Origin: a virus | Length of the DNA stretch: 27,266 nucleotides | Direction: 5' to 3' (one strand) | IMG/VR virus record: IMGVR_UViG_3300048928_000524 | Location: 1 to 27,266 of that record | Shown: positions 14,076-23,208 of the stretch, piece after piece | Layout: every line of letters starts with the position of its first letter | How positions within the stretch are numbered: position 1 is the stretch's first letter | Program-made: the position numbers and the translations under genes | Notes under the pieces: generated by a model | Databases searched by the model: none | Seen by the model: only the letters and a program-made list of their open reading frames with translations | Told to the model about the DNA's origin: nothing

Positions 14076-15168
14076 ACAGAGGAAGTGGTACGACCTCAAG
14101 GCCGCGCGCAACGCCGCCGGCAAGACGGTCGCAGAACTGCGCATCTATGACGACATCGGCTTTTGGGGCACCACCGCCAAAGCGTTCGTCAACGAGCTCG
14201 ATGCCGTCGCCAAGGACGCAGATGAAGTCCTCGTCGCCGTCAACTCCGGCGGCGGCGATGTGTTCGACGGCTTTGCCATCTACAACGCACTGCGGCGCTA
14301 CAGCGGCAAGGTCACGGCGCGCGTGGATGGCATCGCCGCCTCGGCCGCGTCACTTGTCGCCATGGCCGGCGACACCATCGTCATGCCCGAAAACGCCATG
14401 ATGATGATCCACAACGCCTGGACCATCGCCGCCGGCGACGCCGCGGCATTGCGCAAGACCGCCGAGCTGCTCGACAAGACACGCGACGGCATCGTCGCCG
14501 CCTATCGGCACAAGTCCGGCCTGTCTGACGACGAGATCGTCGGCATGATGGACTCCGAAACATGGATGACCGCGGCTGAAGCAAAAGAGTTGGGCTTCGC
14601 CGATCAGATCGAGGCGCCCGTCAAGCTGCAGGCGTCTATGCGCACCGGAGAACTGCTCGCGCGGTTTGAGCACACGCCCGAGGCGTTGCTGAAAGCGCTC
14701 GAAGCTCCGCCGGCGGAGCCGCCGAAAGCCGCCGCACCTGTAGCACCAGCAGCGCCAGCGGCAGCACCGGTCGCCACCACGCCGCCGCCAGATCCCGGCG
14801 CACTCGCGCAACACGCCTTTGCAGCGTGCCGTGCCGCAGGCCTGCCGCAACTGGCTGAGGCTGTCGTGGCGTCCAGCGCGCTCGCCAGCAATGACGCCAT
14901 CGATGCCGTTGTCGCACGCGCCAAAGACATCGCCAGCCTGTGCACGGCGGCACACCTGCCCGAGCTGACCGCGCAATTTGTTGCCGACGGGCTCAACGCC
15001 GAACAGGTCCGCGCCCGGCTGTACGACCGCGTCATGGCGGCCAGCACGACTGGGCTGTCGAACCGTCAGCCGCAGGCTAGCCAAGAACCCTCCGAGCGCA
15101 AGACCGGCCCGCACGGCCCGAGCATCTACAGCGCCCGCCGCAAGAAAAAGCCTTCGGCGCTCGCCTGA
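14065..15168 (+). CDS. ClpP-type (S14) prohead protease fused to an Ala/Pro linker and a scaffold-like C-terminal domain
   Basis: VNSGGGDVFDGFAIYNAL...IAASAASLVAMAGD...MPENAMMMIHNAW is a ClpP-family serine protease core. The C-terminal ~170 aa form a helical domain after PPAEPPKAAAPVAPAAPAAAPVATTPPPDP, analogous to lambda C/Nu3. Confidence 0.9.
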   Translation: MKAKQRKWYDLKAARNAAGKTVAELRIYDDIGFWGTTAKAFVNELDAVAKDADEVLVAVNSGGGDVFDGFAIYNALRRYSGKVTARVDGIAASAASLVAMAGDTIVMPENAMMMIHNAWTIAAGDAAALRKTAELLDKTRDGIVAAYRHKSGLSDDEIVGMMDSETWMTAAEAKELGFADQIEAPVKLQASMRTGELLARFEHTPEALLKALEAPPAEPPKAAAPVAPAAPAAAPVATTPPPDPGALAQHAFAACRAAGLPQLAEAVVASSALASNDAIDAVVARAKDIASLCTAAHLPELTAQFVADGLNAEQVRARLYDRVMAASTTGLSNRQPQASQEPSERKTGPHGPSIYSARRKKKPSALA

Positions 15169-15191
15169 AGCAACTCATTGGAGTCACCCAA

Positions 15192-15527
15192 ATGCAGATC
15201 CAGACACAAGGCGTGCAAACAGCCGAATTCCTGCTGACCGAAGCGCCGGGCAGCCTCTCGCGCGAGCAGATCGCCGTGGCGGGGGGCGATGCGCTTCCGG
15301 CCGGCCAACTGCTCGAGCAGGACGCCGACGGCACCGGCTACGTCCCGTACGGCACCACAGAAGACGGCAAGGTCACCGCCATCCTGTACGCGCCGCTGCG
15401 CGCCTCCGATGCCGTCCGCCGTGCCACCGGCATCGTGCGCCTCGCAGAGGTCGCCGAAGCCCGCTTGACCGGCCTGGACGCCAAAGCCCGCACCGACCTG
15501 CTCGCGGCCTTCATCGCCGTTCGCTAA
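15192..15527 (+). CDS. Head decoration protein, lambda gpD-like
   Basis: This 111-aa ORF sits between the protease and the major capsid gene. EFLLTEAPGSLSREQIAV...GQLL and a C-terminal LAAFIAV are typical of the decoration-protein family. Confidence 0.8.
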   Translation: MQIQTQGVQTAEFLLTEAPGSLSREQIAVAGGDALPAGQLLEQDADGTGYVPYGTTEDGKVTAILYAPLRASDAVRRATGIVRLAEVAEARLTGLDAKARTDLLAAFIAVR

Positions 15528-15554
15528 GCACCCACACGAAATCAGGAGAACCCC

Positions 15555-16556
15555 ATGGCTGATATGGCCCTGTTCAATGACGACGCCTTCTCCATGACGG
15601 CGCTCACCGCCAGCATCAACGAGTTGGAAACAACGCCCTCGCGGCTGGCCGCCCTCGGCCTGTTCGAAGAAGAGGGCATGACCGTCACCACCGCGCAGAT
15701 CGAGCGCGACGGCGAAACGCTGCAGCTTGTCGCCTCGGCAGAGCGCGGCTCGCCCGGGCAAGTGGTTGTCGGCAGCAAGCGGCAAACCATTCCGTTCAAC
15801 GCCGTGCACCTGCCGGACATCGCCACCATCAAGGCCGACGAAGTGCAGAATCTGCGCGCCTTCGGCGAAGAGAGCGAACTCGAAGCCCTGCAGACGGTGG
15901 TGAGCAAGCGCCTGCAGAAAATGCGCCGCCAGCTCGACGCCACCCACGAGTTCCACCGCATCGGCGCCATCAAGGGCCAGATCCTCGACTCGGACGGCCA
16001 ATCCGTCCTGGTCGATCTGTTCGAACGCTTCGGGCTGAAGCAACAGCAACTGCCCATCCTCATCGGCGACGTGCGCTCCTCAACGCTGGAACTGCTCGAC
16101 ATGGTGGAGGACTCGCTCGGCGCCACGCCGCACACCGGCGTGCGCGCCCTGTGCGGCCGCAACTTCTGGCGGCAGTTGATGACATCCAAGGACATCCGCG
16201 AGACCTACCTCAACACGCAGATGGCCGCCTCGCTGCGGGGCGACCCGCGCGACACCTTCGACTTCGGTGGCGTCACGTGGGAGCGCTATCGCGGCCGCGT
16301 CGGCAACGTGGGCTACATCGGCGACGACGAAGCCTACGCCGTGCCCGAAGGCGTGCCGGAACTGTTCATCACCCGTTTCGCGCCGGCGGACTACATGGAG
16401 GCCGTCAACACCAACGGCCTGCCGTACTACGCCAAGCAGGAAGCCGGCAAGTTCGGCAAGGCCGTTGAGCTCGAAGCCCAGTCCAACCCGCTGCACCTGT
16501 GCACCCGCCCACGCGCGGTCATCAAGCTGTCGGCCGCGACGGGCAAGGCGGCCTGA
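15555..16556 (+). CDS. Major capsid protein, lambda gpE family
   Basis: The protein is 333 aa. The N-terminus LFNDDAFSMTALTASINELETTPSRLAALGLFEE and the C-terminal region match the capsid E family pattern. The position is canonical. Confidence 0.95.
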   Translation: MADMALFNDDAFSMTALTASINELETTPSRLAALGLFEEEGMTVTTAQIERDGETLQLVASAERGSPGQVVVGSKRQTIPFNAVHLPDIATIKADEVQNLRAFGEESELEALQTVVSKRLQKMRRQLDATHEFHRIGAIKGQILDSDGQSVLVDLFERFGLKQQQLPILIGDVRSSTLELLDMVEDSLGATPHTGVRALCGRNFWRQLMTSKDIRETYLNTQMAASLRGDPRDTFDFGGVTWERYRGRVGNVGYIGDDEAYAVPEGVPELFITRFAPADYMEAVNTNGLPYYAKQEAGKFGKAVELEAQSNPLHLCTRPRAVIKLSAATGKAA

Positions 16557-16557
16557 T

Positions 16558-16875
16558 ATGACGTTTCGGGACCACGTGGCGGATTTCGACACGGCAGTTT
16601 TCGAGGCGCTCTCTGACGAGGTGCAAATCGACGGCAAGCCCGACCCGGTGATGGGCATGTTCTATTCGCCGTGGCTGGACGTCGAAACCGTGCGCGGCCA
16701 GCGCACGGGCCTGCGTGAGCCGTTCGTGATCTTGCGCGATGCCGACGCCGCCGGCGTTCGCCAGCGCACGCGTGTGCAAGCGCTGGGCGACGTGTTCAGC
16801 GTCATGGAGCTACAGCCGGACGGCTCCGGCATGACCAAGCTGATACTGAGGCCAGAACCATGTCCGTCACGTTAA
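16558..16875 (+). CDS. Head-tail connector, lambda gpFII-like
   Basis: FDTAVFEALSDEV...GMFYSPW...PFVILRDADA...VFSVMELQPDGSGMTKLIL parallels lambda FII FDNLFDAAI...GVFDDPE...PSLFVRTDEV...FWVDRVSPDDGGSCHLWL. Confidence 0.7.
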   Translation: MTFRDHVADFDTAVFEALSDEVQIDGKPDPVMGMFYSPWLDVETVRGQRTGLREPFVILRDADAAGVRQRTRVQALGDVFSVMELQPDGSGMTKLILRPEPCPSR

Positions 16876-17402
16876 AGGCAGAGCTGGACATTGCCGCAGC
16901 GCTGGCTCCGCTTGCAAGCCTTGGCAAAGACGCCATGCGCAACGCCTGGCGCCGCGCGCTGAAGAAGAGCGCCAACTGGGTGAAAGGCCAGACAGCAAAG
17001 CAAGTCTCGGCCGAGATGCACATCGCGCAAAAGCTGATACGGCAGCGCCTCTACTTCTTTTTGCGCAGTGCAGACAAAGGCAAGGTCTGGCTCGGCCTCA
17101 ACGCCATCGAGGCACAGCGGCTCGGCAACCCGCGCCAAACGCGGCGCGGCGTCTCTGTCGGCCGGCATCGATTCGATAAGGCGTGGATCTACCGAAGCAC
17201 GCGCGGCAGCCAAAGCGACGGCAAGGTCTTCCGCCGCGTCGGCAAGGCGCGCATGCCCATCGAGGGCGTCAAGCTCGACTGGGCAGACAAGGGCGAAGCC
17301 GCTTTCAGAAAAGCCGCCGCTGAAATCGAAGCGCGCCTCATGGTCTTACTGGAGCAGGAAGTGAAATACGAAATCCTGAAGGCGACCGGCCATGCTCGCT
17401 GA
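16860..17402 (+). CDS. Minor tail / tail completion protein, gpZ-like
   Basis: This is a 180-aa basic protein at the head-tail junction. It resembles prophage minor tail protein Z family members in size and sequence style (recollection-level match). Confidence 0.55.
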   Translation: MSVTLKAELDIAAALAPLASLGKDAMRNAWRRALKKSANWVKGQTAKQVSAEMHIAQKLIRQRLYFFLRSADKGKVWLGLNAIEAQRLGNPRQTRRGVSVGRHRFDKAWIYRSTRGSQSDGKVFRRVGKARMPIEGVKLDWADKGEAAFRKAAAEIEARLMVLLEQEVKYEILKATGHAR

Positions 17403-17904
17403 TCTGCAGCAACTCTTCGACGCCGTGGAATCGCACCTCAAAGCGCAATTCCCGGACGTCGCCCTCATCGGCTGGGCACCTGAAATCGAAGACAGCATGC
17501 CGCTGCCGGCCATCCTGCTGTACGTCGGCGCGCTGCGCCCGGGCACCGACCCCGGCACCGGCCAACCGCCCATCAACATCGTGATCGAGCTGCGCGTCGT
17601 TGGCGACCCGACCGAGCCGAACGCCGAAGCCGCCATGTGGCAGCTCGCCGCGCGGCTCATCAAGGTACTGCACCACCAGACGTGGGGCCTGCCCGTCACC
17701 ATGGCCGAGCTGGAGAGCGACGGCTTCCACCCAGACGGCATGCGCCCCGATCTCGACGGCTACAGCGTCATCGCCGCTGAATGGCGGCATGAGTTCGACC
17801 TCGGGCCGCCCGAATGGGCGTTTGAAGACACCAGCGGCACTACGGTCGATTTCGACATCCAGCCGCGCCACAGCGAGGCTGACTATGGGCTACGAAGCGG
17901 GTGA
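17392..17904 (+). CDS. Putative neck/tail completion protein
   Basis: This is a 170-aa ORF with start/stop overlaps on both sides, lying between the connector genes and the baseplate genes. The family is not firmly recognised. Confidence 0.55.
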   Translation: MLADLQQLFDAVESHLKAQFPDVALIGWAPEIEDSMPLPAILLYVGALRPGTDPGTGQPPINIVIELRVVGDPTEPNAEAAMWQLAARLIKVLHHQTWGLPVTMAELESDGFHPDGMRPDLDGYSVIAAEWRHEFDLGPPEWAFEDTSGTTVDFDIQPRHSEADYGLRSG

Positions 17905-18559
17905 AGCAGACCGGCGCCTTGCTTGCATCGTGCAGGCCGGCGTGATTGCGCAGGTCGACCTCGCCGCCGCGCGCTGCACCGTGACCGTTGCCGACTGGAC
18001 GTCCGATTGGCTGCCGTGGTGGTCGCGCGCTGCCGGCGCCGTGCGCGAATGGCGCCCGCCGTCGCCGGGTGAGCAGGCATTGCTCGTCTCGCCGTCCGGC
18101 TGCCTTGAAGGCGGCTTTGTCCTGGCGGGCTTCTATACGGACCAGCACGGCGGCGCGAATGGTCAATCGTCAGATCTGACCGCCACCGACTACCCCGATG
18201 GCGCCCGCGAACATTACGACCACGCCGCGCACGAATACCGGCTTGCGGTACCGGAAGGCGGGCAAATCGTCCTGCAGGTGGGCGACACGTCGCTCACGCT
18301 GCGCGCCGACGGCGCTGTGCTGAAAGCGCCGCAGCTGCGCGCCGACGTGCCGGCATCCACCTTCACGGGCAATGCCCTCGTGGAAAAGGCGCTCGCGTTC
18401 ATGGGCGGTTTGTCAGGGCAGGGCGCCGCCGGCGGCACCGCTGTCGCCATCCAAGGCGGCATTCAAGCCACAGACGATGTGGTCGCCGGCGATGTATCCC
18501 TGCGCGGTCACTCGCATATGGAGCAGGGCGACGGCGCCCCGGTGGGCAAGCCGTTCTAG
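17885..18559 (+). CDS. Baseplate spike/assembly protein, P2 gpV-like
   Basis: The ATG at 17885 is in frame with the track ORF from 17600. AGVIAQVDLAAARCTVTVADWTSDWLPWWSRAAGAVREWRPPSPGEQALLVSPSGCLEGGFVLAGFY aligns with P2 V TGIIVETDLNAGRCRVQTGGMCTDWLQWLTHRAGRSRTWWAPSVGEQVLILAVGGELDTAFVLPGIY. There is a C-terminal HSH apex motif. Confidence 0.88.
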   Translation: MGYEAGEADRRLACIVQAGVIAQVDLAAARCTVTVADWTSDWLPWWSRAAGAVREWRPPSPGEQALLVSPSGCLEGGFVLAGFYTDQHGGANGQSSDLTATDYPDGAREHYDHAAHEYRLAVPEGGQIVLQVGDTSLTLRADGAVLKAPQLRADVPASTFTGNALVEKALAFMGGLSGQGAAGGTAVAIQGGIQATDDVVAGDVSLRGHSHMEQGDGAPVGKPF

Positions 18560-18581
18560 CTGCAGCACATATCAATCGCAA

Positions 18582-18604
18582 GGCGGCCACGTGCCGCCTT
18601 TTTT
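18582..18604 (+). terminator. Terminator-like hairpin between gpV and gpW
   Basis: GGCGGC (18582-18587) pairs with GCCGCC (18593-18598) across a 5-nt loop and is followed by six T residues. It lies in the 58-nt gap between the two baseplate genes. Confidence 0.4.
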
Positions 18605-18617
18605 CATTGGAGGCACC

Positions 18618-18950
18618 GTGGCCGTCGTCGGCATGAACAGACGCACGGGAGCGCTGCTCTCGGGCATGGACCACCTCCTGCAAAGCCTGACAGACATCCT
18701 CAGCACACGACGCGGCACCCGACGGGAGCGGCCCCAATACGGCAGCGATCTACCCGACAAGGTGGACTTGCCCATTACGCGCGGTTGGGTTGCCGCCGCG
18801 CAGGCAGAAGCGGCACGTGCCATCACGCGGTGGGAGCCGCGCCTGCGACTTTCGCGAGTGCGGGTGGAGGGCATTGAAGACGGCCGGGTGGTCTGGCGTG
18901 TCGTCGGCATCTACAACGAGCGGGCCGTCGATCTCAAGGTGACGTCATGA
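18618..18950 (+). CDS. Baseplate protein, P2 gpW / GPW-gp25 family
   Basis: The GTG at 18618 lies 4 nt after GGAGG; an alternative ATG is at 18633. LLQSLTDILSTRRGTRRERPQYGSDLPDKVD...AITRWEPRL is the GPW/gp25 signature. Confidence 0.85.
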   Translation: MAVVGMNRRTGALLSGMDHLLQSLTDILSTRRGTRRERPQYGSDLPDKVDLPITRGWVAAAQAEAARAITRWEPRLRLSRVRVEGIEDGRVVWRVVGIYNERAVDLKVTS

Positions 18951-19834
18951 GCGTAATCGACCTGTCCGCATTGCCGCCGCCCGACGTTGTCGAACCACTC
19001 GACTTCGAGGCGTCCTACCAGCGGCTCCTCTCGACCTTCATGGGACTCTGTCCGGAATGGTCGGCCACCATGGAATCTGACCCCGCGGTCAAGCTGCTGG
19101 AACTGCTCGCGTATGTCGACGTGCAGCAGCGCGCGCACGTGAACGATTCCGCACGCTCGACCATGCTCGGCTTTGCCGTGGGCTCCGATCTGGAACACTT
19201 GGCCGCTGGCTTGGATACAAAGCGACTTGTTGCCGTGCCGGGCGACACGGAAGCATTTCCGCCGGTGGCGCCCGTGATGGAGTCGGACACTAGCCTGCGC
19301 ACGCGTGCTCAGGGCGCATTCGAGCGCCTTTCCGTCGCCGGCCCGCGCGCCGCGTATGAGCTTCACGCCCGCGCCGCAGACGGCCGCGTGGCAGACGCCC
19401 GCGCCATCTCGCCTGCGCCGGCGGAAGTCATCGTGTCGGTGCTCAGCAACGAAGGCGATGGCACAGCCTCCGACGAGCTCGTCGAGCGCGTGCGGCAGGC
19501 GCTTAGCGATGAAGACGTGCGCCCGCTAGGCGATCGGTTGACCGTACAAGCGGCGCGCATCATCCCGTACCGCCTGCGCATCGTGCTGTACCACTACCCC
19601 GGCCCGGAAGCGGAGCCCATGGTGGCGGCCGCGTGGGAGCGGCTCAATGCCTACGCGCAAGAGCAGCGCCGCATCGGCCGGGACGTACGCCGCTCCGCCA
19701 TCTTCGCTGCAGCGCACGTCGCAGGCGTGCAGCGTGTGGAAGTGGCAGAGCCCGCCGAAGACATCATCGTCGACCTGACAGAGGCGTCTTACTGCACTGG
19801 CATCGACGTTGTTGTCGGGGGCGCAGATGAGTGA
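18947..19834 (+). CDS. Baseplate protein J
   Basis: The protein is 295 aa and follows gpW with an ATGA overlap. The N-terminus IDLSALPPPDVVEPLDFEASYQRLL is typical of P2 gpJ-like proteins. Confidence 0.9.
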   Translation: MSVIDLSALPPPDVVEPLDFEASYQRLLSTFMGLCPEWSATMESDPAVKLLELLAYVDVQQRAHVNDSARSTMLGFAVGSDLEHLAAGLDTKRLVAVPGDTEAFPPVAPVMESDTSLRTRAQGAFERLSVAGPRAAYELHARAADGRVADARAISPAPAEVIVSVLSNEGDGTASDELVERVRQALSDEDVRPLGDRLTVQAARIIPYRLRIVLYHYPGPEAEPMVAAAWERLNAYAQEQRRIGRDVRRSAIFAAAHVAGVQRVEVAEPAEDIIVDLTEASYCTGIDVVVGGADE

Positions 19835-20447
19835 CAAAACGCTGCTGCCCGCAAACGCAACGCCGCTCGAGCGCGCCCTGGCGCAAACCATCCTGACGCT
19901 GCTCGACACGCCCGTCCCGTTGAATCAGTTGTGGGATGCGGACACGTGCCCCGTGCGGCTGCTGCCCTACCTGGCAAGCGCTCGCTCGGTAGACCGCTGG
20001 AATGCCAACTGGCCGGAAGAGGTCAAGCGCCGCGTTGTGCGAAACGCCTTTGGCGTGCATCAGCGCAAGGGCACAGCGGGCGCGCTCCGGCGGGCCCTCG
20101 AACCGCTGGGCTACCGAGTGACGATTCACGAATGGTGGCAGGCGCAGCCACCGGCCCGGCGGGGCACATTCGCGGTCGACGTTGGCATCGAAAACACGGG
20201 CGTCACAGAGGCAACCTTCGAAGAGATCGAACAGATCGTTGACGACGTCCGGCCGCTATCAAGACATCTGACGGGGCTCACGCTCAGCGCAGAGATTGCC
20301 GGCCACACCGGCATACACGCCGCCTGCCTGGAGGGCGATACGGTGACCGTGTACCCATACATGCCCATTGCAGTTGCCACAGAAGGTGCCACGCACATCG
20401 CGGTCGCCGCACACGTTGTTGAAATCACTACGGTATCGAATGGCTAA
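19827..20447 (+). CDS. Tail protein I (P2 gpI family)
   Basis: LLPANATPLERALAQ...LWDADTCPVRLLPYLA...SVDRW is the conserved gpI N-terminal signature. Confidence 0.9.
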   Translation: MSDKTLLPANATPLERALAQTILTLLDTPVPLNQLWDADTCPVRLLPYLASARSVDRWNANWPEEVKRRVVRNAFGVHQRKGTAGALRRALEPLGYRVTIHEWWQAQPPARRGTFAVDVGIENTGVTEATFEEIEQIVDDVRPLSRHLTGLTLSAEIAGHTGIHAACLEGDTVTVYPYMPIAVATEGATHIAVAAHVVEITTVSNG

Positions 20448-22062
20448 GTATTTTGCGACTTTGACGGAGATCGGCGAGGCCAAGATGGCCCGCACGCTCG
20501 TCTCCAATACGATGGTCCCGCTCACAGAAATGGCCGTGGGCGACGGCGGCATTGATGGCGGCGCAGACGCCGATGTCATGCCCAGCGCTGCGCAACGTGC
20601 CCTAGTGCGCGAACGCCACCGCCGGCCCTTGAATCGCCTCGTCCGCGATGAGAAGAACCCAAGCATCGTCATTGCCGAGGTCTACCTGCCCGAAGAGGTG
20701 GGCGGGTGGTGGTCGCGTGAGCTGGGCCTGTACGACGACGATGGCGAGCTGTTCGCGGTCGCCAACGTGCCGCCCAGTTACAAGCCAGTGCTCGCAGAGG
20801 GATCCGGGCGCGGACAGTTTTTCCGCATGATGTTGATCCACAAGGCGGCCGGCAACATCGTTCTAAAGATCGACCCGGCGGTTGTGGTGGCAACGCGCGA
20901 GTATGTCGACGACGAGGTGCGGGATCTGCGCCTCACGCTCGAGGAGAAGGCGGACAAAGCCACCACCCTGGCTGGTTACGGCATTACCGACGCCGTAACA
21001 GTGGCGCAAGGCCTGGCGGCCGGTATCGGCGCAGACCTGAGCGTTACCAACGGGCTTGTTGGCGATCTGAACGCGGTGACAGAGCCGGGCGAGTACTACT
21101 ACAACGCGACCAACGCCAACCGGCCATCCGCCTATGGCCTGCTGAAGGTATGGCGCGAGCAGTTGACCACCGTCTATCAGGTGGCGCATGCAGATACCAA
21201 TGACGTCTACACCCGCCGCCTGCTAGACGGCGTGTGGGCACCGTGGCGCAAGCTTGCGGGTACCGACAGCCCGGAGTTCACCGGTACACCACGTGTGCCG
21301 ACACCTGCCATTGGCGACAACAGCCTGCAGGCGGCAAACACCGCCTTCGTGCGCGCCTATGTGGCTTCTGCCGTTACTGGTAACGAAGTCGGACGCATCT
21401 TCTTCGAGGTGCGGACGCTACCCCGTGCGGGCTGCTTGCGGCTCAACGGAGCGTTGCTCATGCGCGCTGACTACCCGGAGTTGTTCGCCTATGCGCAGGG
21501 CACCGGTGCCATGGTTACCGAAAGCGAGTGGTCTTCGAACGCGTGGGGATGCTTTTCCATTGGAGACGGAGAGTCCACCTTTCGGTTGCCGGAGTTCCGT
21601 GGCGAAGGTTTGCGGTGCTGGGACGATGGGCGCGGTATCGATGCCAAGCGCGGCGTCGGAACATGGCAAGACAGCCAGAACCGGCAGCACACGCACGCTG
21701 GCTCCAGCGCCGCGGCTGGCGATCACGCGCACTTGGCCTGGACAGACGCCCAGGGGTGGCACGCCCACACGGGTTCGACGTCGGTGGGCGGCGCGCATGC
21801 GCACGGTGTCGGCGGTGGCACACCCGTCGCCCCGGTGGGCAATTGGTCATACCGCGATGCGGGTGGCACCTGGTCGGCCACAAGCTCGACCGACGGCAAC
21901 CACAGCCACACCGTGTCTCTCGACGGTAACGGATCGCACGGGCACAACGTTGGCATCGGCGCAAACGGCTCGCACAGCCACGTCATCACTATCAATGCAG
22001 ACGGCGGCACGGAGGCGCGCATGCGCAATGTCGCCTTGCTGGCCATGATTCGCGCATTCTGA
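20440..22062 (+). CDS. Tail fibre protein (P2 gpH-like N-terminus, tail-collar domain, HxH-repeat tip)
   Basis: The N-terminus AKYFATLTEIGEAKMA...MAVGDGG is gpH-like. STFRLPEFRGEGLRCWDDGRGID is a collar-domain motif. The C-terminal part has seven HxH triplets. Confidence 0.9.
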   Translation: MAKYFATLTEIGEAKMARTLVSNTMVPLTEMAVGDGGIDGGADADVMPSAAQRALVRERHRRPLNRLVRDEKNPSIVIAEVYLPEEVGGWWSRELGLYDDDGELFAVANVPPSYKPVLAEGSGRGQFFRMMLIHKAAGNIVLKIDPAVVVATREYVDDEVRDLRLTLEEKADKATTLAGYGITDAVTVAQGLAAGIGADLSVTNGLVGDLNAVTEPGEYYYNATNANRPSAYGLLKVWREQLTTVYQVAHADTNDVYTRRLLDGVWAPWRKLAGTDSPEFTGTPRVPTPAIGDNSLQAANTAFVRAYVASAVTGNEVGRIFFEVRTLPRAGCLRLNGALLMRADYPELFAYAQGTGAMVTESEWSSNAWGCFSIGDGESTFRLPEFRGEGLRCWDDGRGIDAKRGVGTWQDSQNRQHTHAGSSAAAGDHAHLAWTDAQGWHAHTGSTSVGGAHAHGVGGGTPVAPVGNWSYRDAGGTWSATSSTDGNHSHTVSLDGNGSHGHNVGIGANGSHSHVITINADGGTEARMRNVALLAMIRAF

Positions 22063-22071
22063 GGGGTTCAC

Positions 22072-22779
22072 ATGCTGATTCACCATTACGACAACCAGAC
22101 CGGCCAATACTGCGGCAGCCAACTGGCCGACGCTGATCCTCGATCCCCGGGGCGTTGGCTGCTACCTGCCTTCGCAACTGATCAGGTGCTACCAGAGCGC
22201 ACCGCCGAAACATGGCCATTCTTCCGTGACGGCGCGTGGGTCATGCTGCCGGACTTTCGAGGCAAGGTGCTGTATCGAACCGACACTGGCGAGCAGGCAG
22301 AGATTGTCGCGCCCGGTATCCGCCCGCAAGACATCGGGCTGACAGTAGACCCCCGTCCCTCCAATGACCACGTCTGGAAGGACGGCACGTGGCGGTTGTC
22401 CGCCGAGCAGGTTGCCAAACGGGCGCGCGACGAGGCGATGGCCACCTTCAATGGAAAGATGGAAATCGCACGACAGGCCAACGCCGGCAAAGCCGATGCT
22501 TACGCCGCAGGGTTGCTGTCGGATGTGGAGATTGCCGTCTTCAAAGCGTGGGCCGCATATCAGATGGATCTCGTTCGCGTACTGTCTGCGCCGGCTTTTC
22601 CCGAGAGCATCGATTGGCCTGATGAGCCCGATGTAGAAGCCGTGAAGGCTCAGGTACTCGCCGAACAGGCGGCGGCAGAGCAGCTTGAGAAAGAGCGCGC
22701 TGCGGAAGCTGCGGCCGCTGAAGCGGACCCGGCGCCCTCGAACACCGACAACACCGAGGTACAGACCGCCGACACATGA
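22072..22779 (+). CDS. Tail fibre assembly chaperone (gpG-like)
   Basis: It lies directly after the fibre gene. LPAFATDQVLPE...DGAW and HVWKDGTWRLSAEQVAKRARDEAMA...FKAWAAYQMDL are typical of caudoviral tail fibre assembly proteins. Confidence 0.85.
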   Translation: MLIHHYDNQTGQYCGSQLADADPRSPGRWLLPAFATDQVLPERTAETWPFFRDGAWVMLPDFRGKVLYRTDTGEQAEIVAPGIRPQDIGLTVDPRPSNDHVWKDGTWRLSAEQVAKRARDEAMATFNGKMEIARQANAGKADAYAAGLLSDVEIAVFKAWAAYQMDLVRVLSAPAFPESIDWPDEPDVEAVKAQVLAEQAAAEQLEKERAAEAAAAEADPAPSNTDNTEVQTADT

Positions 22780-22896
22780 CGCAAGCCCCATAGGAAACCG
22801 ACGCGCCGCTCCCTACCGTAACGAGAGTCATCGGCGCACCGTCACGCACAGGCGCCCATGACCACCCGTCGCACGTTCAACTGTTCAGGAGCAATC

Positions 22897-23133
22897 ATGG
22901 CAAAAGTCGTCGTCACCCTTGTGGGGCACAACAAAGAGAATCTCGTCGGGCCGGCCGTCACGGTCGGCACGGCGCGGTGGGGTCATAACGGAGTCGATTT
23001 CGGCAAGGAAGTGGAGATTGCAGAGGGCACCTACACCGTCACGGTGTACAGCGCCGGCAAGGTCATCCACACGCAACACGCTCACGTCCCGCGCGATGGC
23101 CGGTATCCCATCGAGATCGATATCGACAACTGA
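22897..23133 (+). CDS. Hypothetical 78-aa protein (moron at the P2 Z/fun position)
   Basis: The ATG at 22897 has AGGAG 5 nt upstream, so the track start at 22858 is less likely. The sequence style is beta-rich (VVVTLVGHN...GTYTVTVYSAGKVIH). An intrinsic terminator follows. Confidence 0.55.
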   Translation: MAKVVVTLVGHNKENLVGPAVTVGTARWGHNGVDFGKEVEIAEGTYTVTVYSAGKVIHTQHAHVPRDGRYPIEIDIDN

Positions 23134-23182
23134 GTCGACGCCGCCGGCCTGCCGTAAGGGCCCCTGACCGCACACCCAAACG

Positions 23183-23208
23183 AGCCCCGCCACCGAGCGG
23201 GGCTTTTT
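23183..23208 (+). terminator. Intrinsic terminator after the small moron
   Basis: AGCCCCGC (23183-23190) pairs with GCGGGGCT (23197-23204) across a 6-nt loop and runs into TTTTT. Confidence 0.7.

Noticed and set aside
12852-14144. 430-aa minus-strand ORF, and several plus-strand out-of-frame ORFs (12881..13681, 13691..14068), across the portal gene
   Set aside because: They are low-complexity Arg/Ala/Pro translations. They are fully overlapped by the lambda-family portal reading frame.
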